A stretch of 64,000 nucleotides of DNA. Origin: Pavona decussata (lineage: Eukaryota). The notes beneath the pieces were generated by a model that did not search any database, was not told the origin of the DNA, and saw only the letters and a program-made list of their open reading frames with translations. A program made the translations under genes and the position numbers. Of this stretch, positions 1-13,199 are shown one piece after another. The DNA lies in assembly GCA_977016875.1 (NCBI GenBank), contig CDRNST010000099.1:248001-312000 (forward strand). Direction: 5' to 3'. Within the stretch, counting starts at the first letter, position 1. The number at the start of each line of letters is the position of its first letter.

Positions 1-244
1 AATCTACGCTCGATGCGATTCTTGCCTTCCGCCGTACCGTGCGATTTGAAGAGAAGGAAGCTAAACCTTGTATTGTTTTGTTTATTATAAGTAAATTGGT
101 TGTTTGCTCTATTCTTCGCATAATTCGTTAGGACTTTGTAGACGTTGCCGTCAGCATCAGATGGATATATTCAAAGCGGACACGCCCAGGGAAGAAAAAG
201 ATTATGGTAGCACTGCAAAATTAGTAAGTCTGTCAAGGAGATCT

Positions 245-400
245 ATTGAATGAATGACTAATGAACGAACGAACGAATGAATGATCGGTTAGTCAGTCGG
301 TCGGTCGGTCAGTCTGCCACTCTGTCTGACGGACTTATTGAACGAACGACAAAACGACCAAACGGACAGACAATAGGCTGGACGAATGGAATGGTTGAAC
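245..400. repeat. degenerate tetranucleotide microsatellite tract
   Basis: runs of GAAT, GAAC, GTCG and GACA units, e.g. gaacgaacgaacgaatgaatga and gtcggtcggtcggtc. Confidence 0.6.
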
Positions 401-3400
401 TGGTGATGTCGTAGCGTGAAAAGGGAAACATTGTTAATGTCACTATTCCGCATATACTTTAAATTATTATTGTTTAACAAAGCATGCAGCTAGATAACAG
501 TATTGAGACAAAGTAAACAGACAACAAGGTGGCGTAATTGGGGGACACATCCCCGTGGCAGGTTAATACGACTTCGGGTTATGTGCGCAAAACAAACGTA
601 AGCCTCACTTACCTCCCCACTAACGTGGGTTAGGACAAGAGTATTGGCAGAGCCTTTCTTATCTCCCCAGCACCATACGGGCTGGATCGGACAAGATAAA
701 GGCAAAGGTATGAGATGGCAAGATACGAGCAATGCCAAGAGCTTGAGGGAAGTCGCAACGCAGACTTAACCGAACCACAAGGAGTGACCCCAAGTTTAAT
801 GAATATATAACAATCCTCCTCCAAAGGGAGGGAGGGTGGGTAAACAAAATTTTTTAACGTGTTTGCGTTCGTGCAATACTGCCAGGATAATGCCCTGGGA
901 TAGTGTTCTGACGCTTTTATAGCGAGACAGTGACTCAAAGTTCGGCCAATAGGTACAAATGTACTGTAAACTAAAAGACACAACGTGGCAAACTACTACC
1001 CATCAATAGGGCTTTACAAAACGAGAACCAATCCCAGCAAAGGTAAGATTCATTTCTAGACAATTGTGCAACATATTGGTACAATTTCCTAGCCATGAAA
1101 GGCTTTTATCCTAACCCTACTGAATAGAGAGTATTCATTTATGAATGAGGCTTTCGTGTATACATTGTTGTCTGGGGTCGACACAACATTGCGTGACCTA
1201 CCACCCCTAAGGCGTCACGTTCCATTAAGCGCATTTTACCGTTCGGTAAAAGCCTTACCACTGTGACGTCCGGGGCGTCAATGTTTCTGCTGCTTAAGGG
1301 CCGGACTATTCTTTGTCTTCTGTCTTTGCCTCTGGTTCAAAACCAGCAACGTTGCGAGCACAAACAAGGCAACTAACTGCCAAAGTCACGATCTCCGTGG
1401 TTTTATTTTTTATCATCCTTTTTCTTGTTAGTCTTGAGCATTCGGTTTTGAATGATTTGAGACTGATGGTATATTGGGGTGTAGGTACAAAACTGTGTTG
1501 GGCCACCTTTTATGTTGAATATCAACAAGCTGAAATAGCTTTCAGTTTTCTTGTTACGTCCTCTAACCCTTCTAGGCTTATCCTGTTTTCGTTAAGCGGA
1601 GGAAATGTGATAAAGTTTTATAAATTGTATTAAAAAGACAATGCTTTAGCTCGTGGCGCTCTCAACAGGGACAAACTTGTGCCATAGCCGCTGACCGCGA
1701 AGCAGGCTCATAACTTGGCAACCAAGATGGCGGATATAAACAGCGAATCCTCTCCTGTCAAGCTTAGATGTCAGTTATGTAGTTATTTACCTTGATTTCT
1801 GTTTATTTTGGAAACAAAAATGGTATCTTCTGATAATTTTAATCAGTTGATGGTAATGGTGGATCCGTGTTGAAAAAATCGAGGCATATAGACGATACGA
1901 TCGAGCCGGCTCATTGAATTTGACGATGGCTTGATACAAAATGGTAGCTAGGATGGAGTCTGGTGCACTGAGAAGACATGTATGTATCAGCCACTAGCAT
2001 TTTTAGTTCTTACTATGCGTTAGTGGCAATTGTTTGAAAGAGATTACCTCTTTAGATAGGCTTTCTTGGAGGCAAATATTTGTATGAAAAGAGGGGAAAC
2101 CTAGCTGTTAATAGCTTGGTCAAACTTGAATCCTTACCCACTTATATCGCCAAATTTTGTCATTGTTATTGTCAGAACATACTTTACTAAACATTACGTG
2201 TCTCTTCATGTTCAGTCAGAAAATATATATATATTTCTTTGCAACATGAATTTTGATCAAATCGACAAAAGTCGTTCAGGTGGTAATACATATTTGCTTC
2301 ATACAAACAAACTATTCATTTGCCCAAAAATTTTATTCCGTATTTTGAAGGTTATGATATGCCTCTTCAATCTTATAGTTAAATTACGTAGTTAGGTTGT
2401 TGGCCATTAGAGATATTTGGGTACAAAAAAGCCGAATTTGAGGGTTCTCGTGAAAATGTCTAAAACAGCCTCTTACTTCAGGTTCAGGCAAATGACAAAA
2501 TCGAAGGTACCGATTGAAATTAAGCACTGTGCTACAAGCCTGGTCAGTGGGCAAGACAATTCAGTGGGTTTTATTTCCAGATCACAATTATATTTGTCTA
2601 ACCACTCAATTGAGTTTGACTAATTAATATGCATAAATTTGTGCCAAAATGGCCATTTTTCAGGTTTTACCCATAACTCTGGTAAAATGGAATATTTTGA
2701 GTTGATGTTTTAGCACATGAATATGTTCATGACACTCAATGTTTCTGCCAAGTTTGAGCCAAATCGGTGATTTGAGTATTATCACCTCCTGCCTGGTCCT
2801 GCCTGGTTGTATCATGGACAGACACTTAAGTAGAATGTCAGACCCGACGGTAAAACGATTCTGCAGGAAATGCAGGGGCTCCTTGTTTGAAAGTAGCAGT
2901 CCATTCTGTGTGTACATTCCATAATTGCCAGTGCCTGGAGTGTGTGAAAATCGCTTAAAATAATGAGGTTGCGCGCCTAAGGGCACAAAAACGTTGAGCA
3001 GATGAGCCAACACCATCATCTACCACGGCCACCAGTAGCACTGGAGTTCCAGTAACCTTGGAACAAGTCCTGGAATTGGGGAACAGAAATTCTTGTGATG
3101 AACAGCAGAGGAAACTGATGTTGGCGACAGCCCAACAAGCCGGTATGTCAGGTCAATGGCAATTAAAACTTGTTACTTTTTCTACTGAAAGCTTCTCATT
3201 TTACTGTTGTATATATATTCCTTGGGAAATGCAGGTTCATCCTTATAAAAATGAACACTAAACCTTTTGAGCCGGAAATTTTGTTATGTTTACCGTGTTT
3301 CAGAGTATTTTGCTGCGGGTTGGAGATGCCAGTTGGATAAATTGCTTACATCTTTTGTGTGGACGTCTGACGTTTACCTTCATGTATGATTTGACTTTCC

Positions 3401-3609
3401 CGAGAAAACTTTTCGCTCCATCCTGTTTCGCCCAGTAGTGACTAATTTGCACTTTGCACGGACTTGAAATGCGCAAATACAGGGCACTTAAAGTTCTTTC
3501 TCAATGATTTTCACATTCATCTTCACATTATGTTCACTTTTCAACAAGCGTTTTGCTATATAGAGGCCATTAAATTACGTTGACTGACATTTCTATTCAA
3601 TTTATATTG

Positions 3610-3692
3610 TACCTCTATGAAACGGGCAACCTCTATAAAGCTGCCAGTTTTCAAAGTCCCCAGGGTGGCTGCTTAATAGAGGTCCGACTGTA
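3610..3692 (-). mobile_element. single end of a Tc1/pogo-like MITE
   Basis: ends ...ttaatagaggtccgactg|ta (reverse complement TA|CAGTCGGACCTCTATTAAG), the same terminus style as the complete MITE at 31887. Confidence 0.45.
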
Positions 3693-3816
3693 ATTCACAA
3701 AAAACAAAATATTACCGATATATAGAAGATTATAAGGTTCTTTTGTTGTTGTCTTCAGCTCCTTGTATTATCTTTTAAAGACATCGTTGTTTTTAGAGCT
3801 TTCATTTTTTTATAGG

Positions 3817-4900
3817 ACGTAGGTGCAGACGTCCCCACTACAGTTGATATGGCCATACAAATAAATTTCAAAAAGCTTATGACCATGTTCAACATCATAA
3901 CTGTATGTCCTACTGCATCAGTACACAAAGTACAGAAGAAGATTCTGTCTGCTGGAGCAGCCCAGATCCAAACAGGTTTCATAGTATAGAGAAGAGCTGT
4001 ATAAAATTCAAGATGCAAATGTCTCTGTTTGTAACCAAGAAACAGAAGCATTCAAGGACTTGAACCCCTACTGATTAAAGTCAGGGCCATGCTACTATTG
4101 GACAACTTTTTTTACCTGTTATGTATGCTTACTTCAAATTTTAATAACTTAAATGAGTGTCATGAAGGTAACCAAAAAAAAAAGTTTGCCTCGGGAAGGG
4201 AAGTCACTCCTAACAACTGAGCAGCCACCTTCCTAAAGCATGTGGCTTTAAATTTATTGTACCTAGAGAAGATAATTAATTTTGTAGCAAGTTCTAATCT
4301 ACATGTTACATTCATCTTTCAGACTTACTGATGTCTAAGATCGTGGACTGCTTTGTTGTGGGCCACTGGGCATTATCCCACAAGAAGCTGACTGAAAGAC
4401 ATGTGTCTGGACACATCACAAACCTTGACGAATTGTACGAAACACTCGTACAAACATTTTTGAAAGGAGGTGATCTAGTCCTGGACATTGGAAGTGAGAA
4501 TGGTAAATTTTGTTTTTCTCATTTTATACACATTCTAAACTGAAACACTGCAATGTTATCTGCTAAGATTTTTTTAAGTATTTCTGTATACATTCAACCA
4601 TGTGCAGCAATAAAAATTATATTGTGTAAATGGCACATCTAGGGATCTTCGGATGCCTTCCTGTTTAGCAGACTGATAAGTAGAGAATTGGGAGGAAAGT
4701 TTGGACTGTTTTTATATATTACTGTGATATATGTTAGTCAGTTCCCGTTTGATGAGAGTGTTATCATTTTTAGGAAATGGGATGCTAGCAGGCTTGAAGC
4801 TGAAGCATCTTCATTGGGAAAACAGGAGGAACGAAAAAAAGTGAATTTGTGGAAAATCTAAGAGAAAGCTCGTTTGTCCAAAGGCTCCCAGTAACAGGCT
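3817..4900 (+). pseudogene. spliced DNA amino-methyltransferase-like gene fragment, copy A
   Basis: AG/GT-bounded exons; splicing ~4502 to ~4774 gives LYETLVQTFLKGGDLVLDIGSENG|NGMLAGLKL, resembling the C-terminal SAM-binding motif I region of N6/N4 MTases; contains stops and frameshifts. Confidence 0.45.
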
Positions 4901-5279
4901 GTCTTTCTGATTTCCTTGACATACAATATGTTTTATCGTTCATCAATAATTATTAATGTGGTAACTATTTTGTCTGTTAGTTTTTTAAAAATTTCATTTT
5001 ATATCTCAATAGGTTAAGAACTTGTTGCTAACAGGAATGAAACATGTTTCTTTCACCGGTCTGTACAGACTGTGCACTTTTAATTTTGTAGAAACCATGA
5101 CTACGTCCCTAGAATATTTGCGGTTATCGTCCTTTATCCAGCAATGTGTGCTGGAGAGAAAAACGCTAGCCCTTGTGATTGCATAACATCCGGAATACAG
5201 CTGCCTCCAGCCGCAGCGAACTGTAAAGTAAAATATTCTAGGACAAGTGTTGAGAGGAACTGAACTTCGGACAACCTTT

Positions 5280-5790
5280 CAATATCTAAGAGATCGTTTT
5301 TCCTCCAATAAGTGTTGAGTAAGGGGGGGGGGGGAAGGGGGTCTGAAATTCGGAAAATATGTTGAGTTAAATAGTAATGATCGTTTTCCACGGATAGTGT
5401 TGAGGGGGTCCTAAATTCGGAAAACATTTTGGGTTTATTAGATAGAAGTGATCGTTTTTCCTCAGCCAAGTAAATAAGTGTTGAGGGGGCCTGAAACTTG
5501 AGACACCTCTTAAGTTAATAGTAATGATCGTTTTTCCTCGGATAAGTGTAGAGGGGGTCCGAAATTTGCACACCTCTCAAGTTAAAAGTAATGATCGTTT
5601 TCCTCGGAAAAGTGTAGGGGGAGTCTGAAATTCGGATAGCCTTTCAAGTTAGATAGTTACGGAGAAGTGTCGAGGGGGTCCGAAATTCGGAAACAACTTT
5701 GAGTTTAGAGGGGGTCCTAAATTCGGAAAACCTCTCAAGTGAGATATTAGTGATTCGTTTTACTCGACTAAGGGTTGAGACGGTCCGAAC
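5280..5790. repeat. ~60-bp minisatellite, about 7-8 diverged units
   Basis: unit ~ gatcgtttttcctcggataagtgttgagggggtccgaaattcggaaaacctctcaagttaatagtaat; only about 2 partial units remain in copy B (16600-16740). Confidence 0.85.
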
Positions 5791-6222
5791 TTTCTTATTT
5801 GGAACAGTAAACTGTATTCTTGTTATTAGGCTTGCTCGAAATGGAATAAAATAGTGTGATTTTGACGGAAATGTCATATTTTAAATTGTGCCTCTTATAA
5901 CCTTGACCGAAACCAAATTTTTGTCTGATGAAATGCCCCATTTCGCACGGATGGGGAAAATTCTTCAGTGCGTTGTGGTTTTCTTGCACCGAATTCGTCT
6001 AAAATGAAATGCCACAAATTAGTTTGCAACGCATTAACAACGAATCACACGTTTCACTACCGGTAAATAAATCACTGCAAAGTAAAACAAAAGCAGCTCA
6101 GAAAACAAGAATTTTTCCCAGCTTTCTTTGTTTGTCCTGCTTGATTTACAGCTGTCAAGAAAAGGCGCAAAACTCAGATCAGAATCGTTCCATCTGTAAC
6201 TGTGAACCCTGTAGCTGTGAAG

Positions 6223-7910
6223 ATGGCAAACTGCGTCAAGATAAAGATGAATGAAAAAGTCTGGCTGAGGCCTTCGACTTTAATGGCGGGAAACTTAGGT
6301 ATGATTTTCAAACTCGATATAAATCAAGGCATTTACATTTGCTGTGAACAAGAAGGGGAGATTATTATACCAACAGAAACCAGCTTTTTTAATATAGAAG
6401 ATCACACCAAGACAGATGTCGTGAACGGCCCACGTTCTCAAAGACCTCTGCCGAAGTATCTTCACCATGTAATTCGCTTGGAATCCCCCTTTCTTACCAG
6501 AGAACAGCCTCCCTAGGAACAAATCTAAGCCCACCACCTGGCCAGATGTCCAATCCTCAAACCTTGCAGTGGCCGAGCTTCTCCTCTGGCTCGAGAAAAG
6601 TGCAACCATCATCATAGAAGAAGTCAGTTGTAGTAGTGGACGTCCTATCATCTGGCACAATAAACGAGTTTGACAGAAGAAACCTAGCCAGTTGATGAAG
6701 CGCAGATGTTAAAAGAACAATTGGGTTTTGACATAATTCTCCTCGATGCAAAACATCTGCCAGTTATGTCTGGGGAGACCACCAAAGGTAAGCCAAGTTG
6801 ATATAATTGAAAAGCTTCAGTCGACTGAAAAAGGCCTCTTATTTTATTTTGTCTTGTTAAGTATAATAGTTAGGGATTACTTTTAAGGTTCTTCTTCATG
6901 TGCCTGTAATCGCGAATAGTAAGTTTTAGTAAGCCAACTTCTTTGAGGGTTTCTAAAGTAAAAAAACCACTGGCAACGAAGGTTTTAAGTCACTGGCGGG
7001 ATAGGTTCTGTTAGTTTTTCCATTGGAAACGTCAGGTACTAAGCACATTATTTCACTGCCAAAATTTGAGACGGGGATGTAGCTCTGCTAGAAAACCCCT
7101 AGTTCAGTTACAGTTTTAATTTTCCACACATTTGTTTTTGTTTTGTTCAGTTTTATTTCATTTTTTTTTTTGGTCTTACGGGGAAACAAGTTTACGGAAA
7201 ATTTAAAACGCGACTAGCACAGGTACATCCCCATCTCAAATTTTGACAGTAAAAAGTATATGGCTAGTACCTAACGTTTCCAGTTTATGGATTGTGAGAA
7301 CTGAACTGAGTTTCCGATTTCGAAACACTGTCATTTCAAACTTTTAATTTGTCTACCCTACAAGATGGCTTGTAATTCAGCGATAAGGTAATAAATTCCC
7401 CAAAGTCATAATATTCCCTCTTTGCAATGAACAGGATCTCAGTTCTGGAGAGGGAGCCGAAAGATACTGATGGCCAAGAAAAGTCAAAAGTCGTACTTGA
7501 GAAGGGGAAAGATCCCAAAGAAAAAAAAAGTCCACAACAGGAGATATTCTGGGTCGGTTAAGAAAGATGCTATCCCCAGACATTAAAGAGGAGGACGATT
7601 TCAAAGAATCCCTTTCACCAGAACCCAGGAATTCTAACCAGTTGCGAGGTAATAGCAGTAGTTCTTCCTCTCAAAAAACTGTTGAAGATGAAGCTAAAAT
7701 GATCTAGTCATTATTTAAGTGCTCAGTTTGTCTTAGTCAATGTAAACTACCAGCAGCAGCATGTTCCATTTGTTATGCCGTAATTAGTTGTGTGCATTGT
7801 CTAGAACAGTGGATTGAGTCAAGCACCTCAGAGCAAGTGTCCAGTATGTCGCAAGAGTGCCAATTATGCGGTTATTCCAATGGTGCGGGAAATCGCCAAT
7901 ATCCTGGGTT
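6223..7910 (+). pseudogene. spliced gene with C-terminal RING-finger-like domain
   Basis: starts MANCVKIKMNEKVWLRP; donor GTAAG at ~6788; last exon 7708-7910 reads LFKCSVCLSQCKLPAAACSICYAVISCVHCLEQW..(frameshift)KCPVCR, a Cys-rich RING spacing with the conserved W. Confidence 0.55.
7023..7283. mobile_element. small MITE-like foldback inside an intron
   Basis: ~68-bp imperfect inverted repeats: tggaaacgtcaggtact..aaaatttgagacggggatgta..tgctag and ctagca..tacatccccatctcaaatttt..agtacctaacgtttcca. Confidence 0.7.
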
Positions 7911-7944
7911 TATGGCAGGTGGATGATGTCAAAGTAAGTACTAC

Positions 7945-8175
7945 CAAATTGAATGGCATTTTACCAAAATGAATGGATCACGTCTAAATTGAATGGCTAA
8001 CCAATGCAAACTAAATGCATGATCGTAAATTGAATGACACATTACCAAAGTGAATGGATTACTTTCAAATTGAATGGTTCATTTCAATTGGATGACACTG
8101 GATGGCAAGTTACAAAATGAATGGATCACAGTCAAATTGAGTGGCTTACCAAACTGAATGGCTCACACCGCGAAT
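7945..8175. repeat. ~21-bp degenerate tandem array (core AATTGAATGG), probable DNA-transposon subterminal repeats
   Basis: about 10 recurrences of aa(a/t)tgaatgg at roughly 21-bp spacing. Confidence 0.75.
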
Positions 8176-8559
8176 GGAATTCTGGACTATGCTCAAGGAC
8201 CCTGGGATCTAGGTTTTCGCGCGCTTCAAGAAACATGGCGGCTAGAACTCCTGATTTGGGCGGAGGGGAAGCAGACAAAAGAGACAATCATGGAGGTAGA
8301 GTTCCGCATTAAATACCGACCAATACATGTACTTCTGCCATTGAGGAACATTGAAGATTATTTGGTTATCAGACTCCATCATCATCAAGATCTGGCAAGC
8401 AATCTGGCACATTACAGCGTGGTCAGGGTAAAGGCATGAAAATGACTGTAACCACAAGAAGTGGAGACTATAGAGTTTTTCAAGTAAAGAACACTTGAAC
8501 AAAATCGTTTGTTTGTCTTTCCTGTACAAGCGACAGTGAAGTGCCAACTGCAAGTGCTA

Positions 8560-8846
8560 AAATTCATTTGCGTTTTGCTGGGCTAGGGGAAAAGAGGGTG
8601 GTGTTTCAAAAAGATGGCAAAGCCAGACACGTCTATGAAAAACTTGTGTCGGAATTTCCTCCCTTGGCTGAAAGTGGTGGAAATATTAAGAACAACCGAA
8701 AATAGTTCAAAGATGTTGTGTGTCCTTCCTGTACACCTCGTGGCGGGTACACAGTACCCTATTTAAAAAGTGTACTTGGGCAGGCGAGAGGGTTTATCCG
8801 ACCTCTACAAAAAGATCTTAGCCTTCAGGAACAGAGGGCATTTCAG
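8560..8846 (+). pseudogene. fragment resembling the N-terminal region of G2E3-like (HECT-associated) TE cargo proteins
   Basis: LAGLGEKRVVF..FPPLAESGG..PRGGYTVPYLKSVLGQARGFIRPLQKDLSL followed by donor GTAAG; motif recognised from memory. Confidence 0.5.
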
Positions 8847-9284
8847 GTAAGTTTAAAAAGATATATGCTATTATATAAATATAATACAATATTAGACAGG
8901 TGTCCAACAATTACTGTACATACGTATATACATCAATCAAGTATAAAATAATCAAGATATATCGCAAAATCGTATCTCAACAAAGTAAAACGAGGGTCCC
9001 CAATAAGTTTTTCAGGATCCGGGATTTGGCCCATTTGGAGAATTTGAAGAAAAATGGGAGCGTAATTCGGGATTGCATTTATGGACGGAACGCAGCATTT
9101 AGCGATATTATGAAGTGGGATCTGGGAAGTTGTCACCTTGAAGCCCCCAATCGGTAATTACTGATGGTGAAAACTTTTAAATAAAATAAACTTTTGCTGC
9201 AATTAAGATTATTTGAGTTCTTTTTTTTTACGATCGGACTGTTTGACAACATTCTGTGAAGTATGGGATTCGCACGCAACCATC

Positions 9285-9780
9285 ATGGTGGACGGACATT
9301 CATCCTGTATCTCTGATGCTGATGCCATTCATGTTTTAGAAACCGAGTCCTCCTCGCTCAATCCTGAGTCTTGTGAGCTAGAGTATCTTATCTTAATAAC
9401 GGAAAGTTGGTATGGATAAATGACTTGGATTCACTAAAGAAAATCGTAGAAAATGTTCTAAAATTGCAGGGAAAGTGGCTAACGCCTGGTGGGAACAAAA
9501 AGAAATTTAAATCTTCAAACGACAATGTTATCATCAATTGGTCAAGTAAGAAACAGCGAATTCTGCTTTTTCAGGGCCCCATTGGTCCCGCTTTAAAGGA
9601 TATACTGATCGAACCAGAAAGAGACAACTGAAACGCAAGATGCCGATTCTCTGAGCTCCACCGATCAATTATTTCAACCATCTACCCCACTGCAAGAGAC
9701 TGACAGTGGTCAGCGTAATTTTCAAATGTCTACTGATGATGATAGTCTGCTAAATGGCCCTGAAATACGCTGAAATTCAA
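9285..9780 (+). mobile_element. probable LINE ORF1 N-terminal fragment
   Basis: WINDLDSLKKIVENVLKLQGKWLTPGGNKKKF..INWSSKKQRILLFQG resembles the N-terminus of marine-invertebrate LINE ORF1 proteins; frameshifted. Confidence 0.35.
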
Positions 9781-9789
9781 ACGAATTCG

Positions 9790-10020
9790 AACGGCTTACC
9801 TAACTGTTCGTAAAATTTTCGCATCCATTAAAACGGCAAGAACTATCCGTTAATAAAAAATCGTAGCATCCGTTTAAACGGGAAGAGGTATCCATTAAAA
9901 AAATCTTGGCATCCGTTTAAACGTCAAAAGCTATCCGTTTAACAACAATCATAGTATCTATTAAAACGGCAAAAACAGTGTGTTATTAAACAACGTTTTG
10001 ATTGCCACCATTAAAACGGC
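9790..10020. repeat. array of semi-palindromic CCGTTTAAACGG units
   Basis: repeated (g)catcc(g/a)tt(t/a)aaacgg and ctatccgtt units. Confidence 0.75.
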
Positions 10021-10180
10021 ACTCTCTGTTGGAGCGAACAGCAGAGAAAAATTGAACGGAAGGTGCAAAAGAGGCGTTTGAGTGGCCACAGAAATTATTT
10101 GTAATGATGGTTCGATAACTGAGGAGATGTAACAACTGACGAACATTAAAGAACATACAGCCAACCTATATTTTGATTAT

Positions 10181-11281
10181 CCCATTAACGGCCGAGGCGC
10201 CCCAAAACCGGCCGCGAATTCTCGCACGCAACGCGCAAAGGTTTCTCCCTCCCAAAGAAGGGGAAATTTTGTCCTCTATTGTTCTAATTGTCTTTGGAAA
10301 AGACTGACCAATCAGAATCCACAGACTGCGCATATATTTTTAGGTCTTAGGAGGGTCTAGACACAAAAAGGTTTTTGTCTTCCGAAAAATATCTGATTTC
10401 AGCCATCATGGAGGGCCGCACGCTTCAGGCTTAAATATTCAAGACGCTAATTTCGCGTTTTCGGAAGGAAAACACAACTTTTCGAAACGGTAAATCGAAA
10501 GAGGAACTTTCAAGGAATACTCGACAGTTTCGACAGCGGAAATCCAAGCATTAACGACGGAGAAATAATGCTTTGAGGAAAATTTGTAGATTTACCGAGG
10601 CGACGAGCTGGCGGACATCTCAAATAATTGTTTTCGCCATGGACTTTCTTGGTAATGTTCGAGTGTTTCTCGCAATGCAACTCACAAAGAATTACAGGTT
10701 TGATTGTGAATTTGTACTGATATACTATTCTAATTGATCGATTCTTCGTATTCCGAACAGTTTTCGCAAAAGTTTTGAAAAACGTGCTCCGCACGGGTCA
10801 ATAAATTCGTTTCAAAATTGACTCGGAATTGCTTCAAATTGCTTGCGAGTCGGTCGCCTCGCGGCAAAAATTATACCCGTTTTCTTCTAAGACCAATACA
10901 AAGACTTAGTTGAATAAATTTTTCATTTAGAAAAGCTTTATTGCCTGTTTTTCTTTCTATTTTCATTGATGAAACGTGACGACTGCCTAATCTTGCGTAA
11001 ACAAACAGGTCTTCTCGAGAGCGGATCAAATTACTGCCATGTGGCGCGAGGATCAAATTTTATCGAAATTTTCGAAATTTTTACCTTCAGGCTTATTTTT
11101 CGAGTAATCTTTAATTCGCAGCTACGGTATTTTATTCGAATAATAGAAATTCTGGCTATTATAGACCAAAGGAGTGCTGTTTTTTTGACCCAGTAAGTTG
11201 TCTATTTTTTCTGCACATTAGGTTAATAATTAACAAAATGCTAATTTGTGAAAATGTAAAAAACACGTGGCCTGCAATGGG
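10181..11281. mobile_element. non-autonomous piggyBac-like element
   Basis: ttat|CCCATTAACGGCC ... GGCCTGCAATGGG|ttaa: imperfect CCC/GGG TIRs with a TTAA-like TSD; no ORF. Confidence 0.55.
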
Positions 11282-13199
11282 TTAACACTATAAACATTTG
11301 GCTCGACCGGACCGACTGAAAAAAATGAAATGAATTCGCTTCCTCGCCGTGTTTGTCGCGTTTTGTTTTGGTTTAGTTTGTTTGTAAAAATAATCTATAA
11401 TCCTCCCTAACTATTCTGTCGTTTAAGGGTTTTAATCCCATCGAGATCAAAGTGCATGGCTTTTTAATTTGCAGTGTCCAACCAACTGAATGTAAACAAA
11501 ACCGCATAAGAACTATTAATTACAAATACATTGGTCATTGATGACATGAATTTAGATCAACTCTTGTGCGTAATGTGCCCCTTTGGCCTTGCACACGGTA
11601 TTGGTTACCAACTCCGTTACCAAAACATGTAACGCTAAATATTGAGCTAGAATTTAAGATTTCAGGACAACTGTAATAATTTGAAAACAGGGATGGAAAT
11701 TAAATTTCATGTGCATTGAGCTGGCAAAAGGAAAGCATCGGAATTCCTTTCCATTTTGAGTGAAGAACAAAATTAAAAAACGTACTCAAAATTAGTGATA
11801 AGAACAGGAGTGAACGCGATAGGGATTTTTAAGAAAAGTTTTGTTTTCACCAAAACTTTGATGCCAAATCCTCGAAAATCGAGGTGCACATTAGTTAAGC
11901 AATCCCCTCGGAAACTGAAACTGGATACTTTTAGAGTTAAACTGATAGTTCTAGCGTTACAATGGTAATTTTCAAGCTAAATTTCGACAGAAGGGTCAAA
12001 ATACAAGGCGTGCGTTTCGCCTAGCGTTTGAATAGTTTGATCGATAGTTTGGCTTGTTTGGTTGGTTTCGTTTGAAACGTTTTGATGGTTTACACACAGC
12101 AGTTGGCTTGCTTTGTTTGAAGCATTTGAATAGGATGAATGGAAGCCTTCAACCACGTCATATTTGTCTACTTACCAAAGATCGAAATGCATGTTTCATA
12201 ATTCCTCGCATTTCTTCTGAGCATTTTCTTGCTGCGGAAAAGAATCGTATGGACCGCGGTGGTCCATACAATTCGTCTCCAGTTACAAAGGATGGTTCAC
12301 CTATACCATCTAGAAAACGGGCGGCAACTTTTCAGCATTTTAAAACTGATCGAGTTGATATCTAGGCGTAAACAATTCGCTAACAATCGGTAGTTGCTGT
12401 AGTTGTGAATACAGCGTCAGCGACATTCAAGCGTTGACAATGTGTGGGGGGTGGGGAGGGCGGGCTTGAGTCATTGTAGGCTTGTTATCAGATATTCTGC
12501 TGCAATGCTTACCTCAGAAATATTTCCATCACTGTTGTCATATCCCTATATTTTGCATTTTGGGGAATGTGTTTTAAGTTTTCTTACAAGGAAACCAATG
12601 AAAGAAAGGTTCTCAGAATGTGTGCTTCAAAACCTATTAGGCTGAAGAAGAGGAACTCTCCTTCGTTTTACGTATCACAAGATAATTTACATGGATAAAT
12701 TCACTTTCTATTTAGAAGTCAGGGATTTTGAGTGAGACTACTTAAATCTTTAATAAAACCAAACACTTTTCTCGCCTACTGTAGCTATCGTGTTGATCGT
12801 TTAATTGGTGCAGATCGTGCGATGTACGCGCGCGACAAAGCTATTTTAAAATGTAATATAGATCTAAAGTTGACCATATGCATGTGTTTGCGGCCAAAGA
12901 GGGGTATTTGCATAATGACAATGGCTAGCTAAAAAAATTGATCTATACCTGAGGTTATGTCATGACTTGGCCTGGACCAAACGACCTCACATTTTAATTT
13001 GGTCAACTTTGAAATTCGTGGCTCTGGTGGGAATTTTAATGCCAAAACGAAGTGGGGCTCCAGAAAAGTTGCTTGATTCGCTATCTAAACTGTACCAAGC
13101 ACCCAAGGCCAGAAAACCTGTATGCTATATATTTATTTTAAAGAAGCACATACAGCGTTTATTGCCTTAGTTTAATAGTGTGAATGCCTTTTCATGTAG

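Larger units (their letters stand above)
3800..6400 (+). repeat. segmental duplication, copy A (copy B at ~15390-17880)
   Basis: near-identical blocks: 3800-5000 ~ 15390-16595; 5660-6120 ~ 16600-17058; 6115-6400 ~ 17598-17880. Confidence 0.95.

Noticed and set aside
490-1300. possible DIRS/Ngaro terminal repeat region (acgtaagcctcacttacc, gggagggagggtggg, weak inverted match near 1146)
   Set aside because: no RT, RNaseH or recombinase remnant, and the repeat match is too short
2240-2790. DNA-transposon-like end sequence (similar stretch at ~21000-21375)
   Set aside because: no partner TIR or TSD found in the window, so the family cannot be supported
289-3261. the many 60-120 aa ORFs in the track here and in other AT-rich stretches
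   Set aside because: no recognisable motifs; many begin at non-ATG codons or are antisense shadows
5280-5790. CRISPR-like appearance of the 60-bp array (also the 21-bp arrays)
   Set aside because: units are wholly homologous with no unique spacers, there are no cas genes, and the context is eukaryotic
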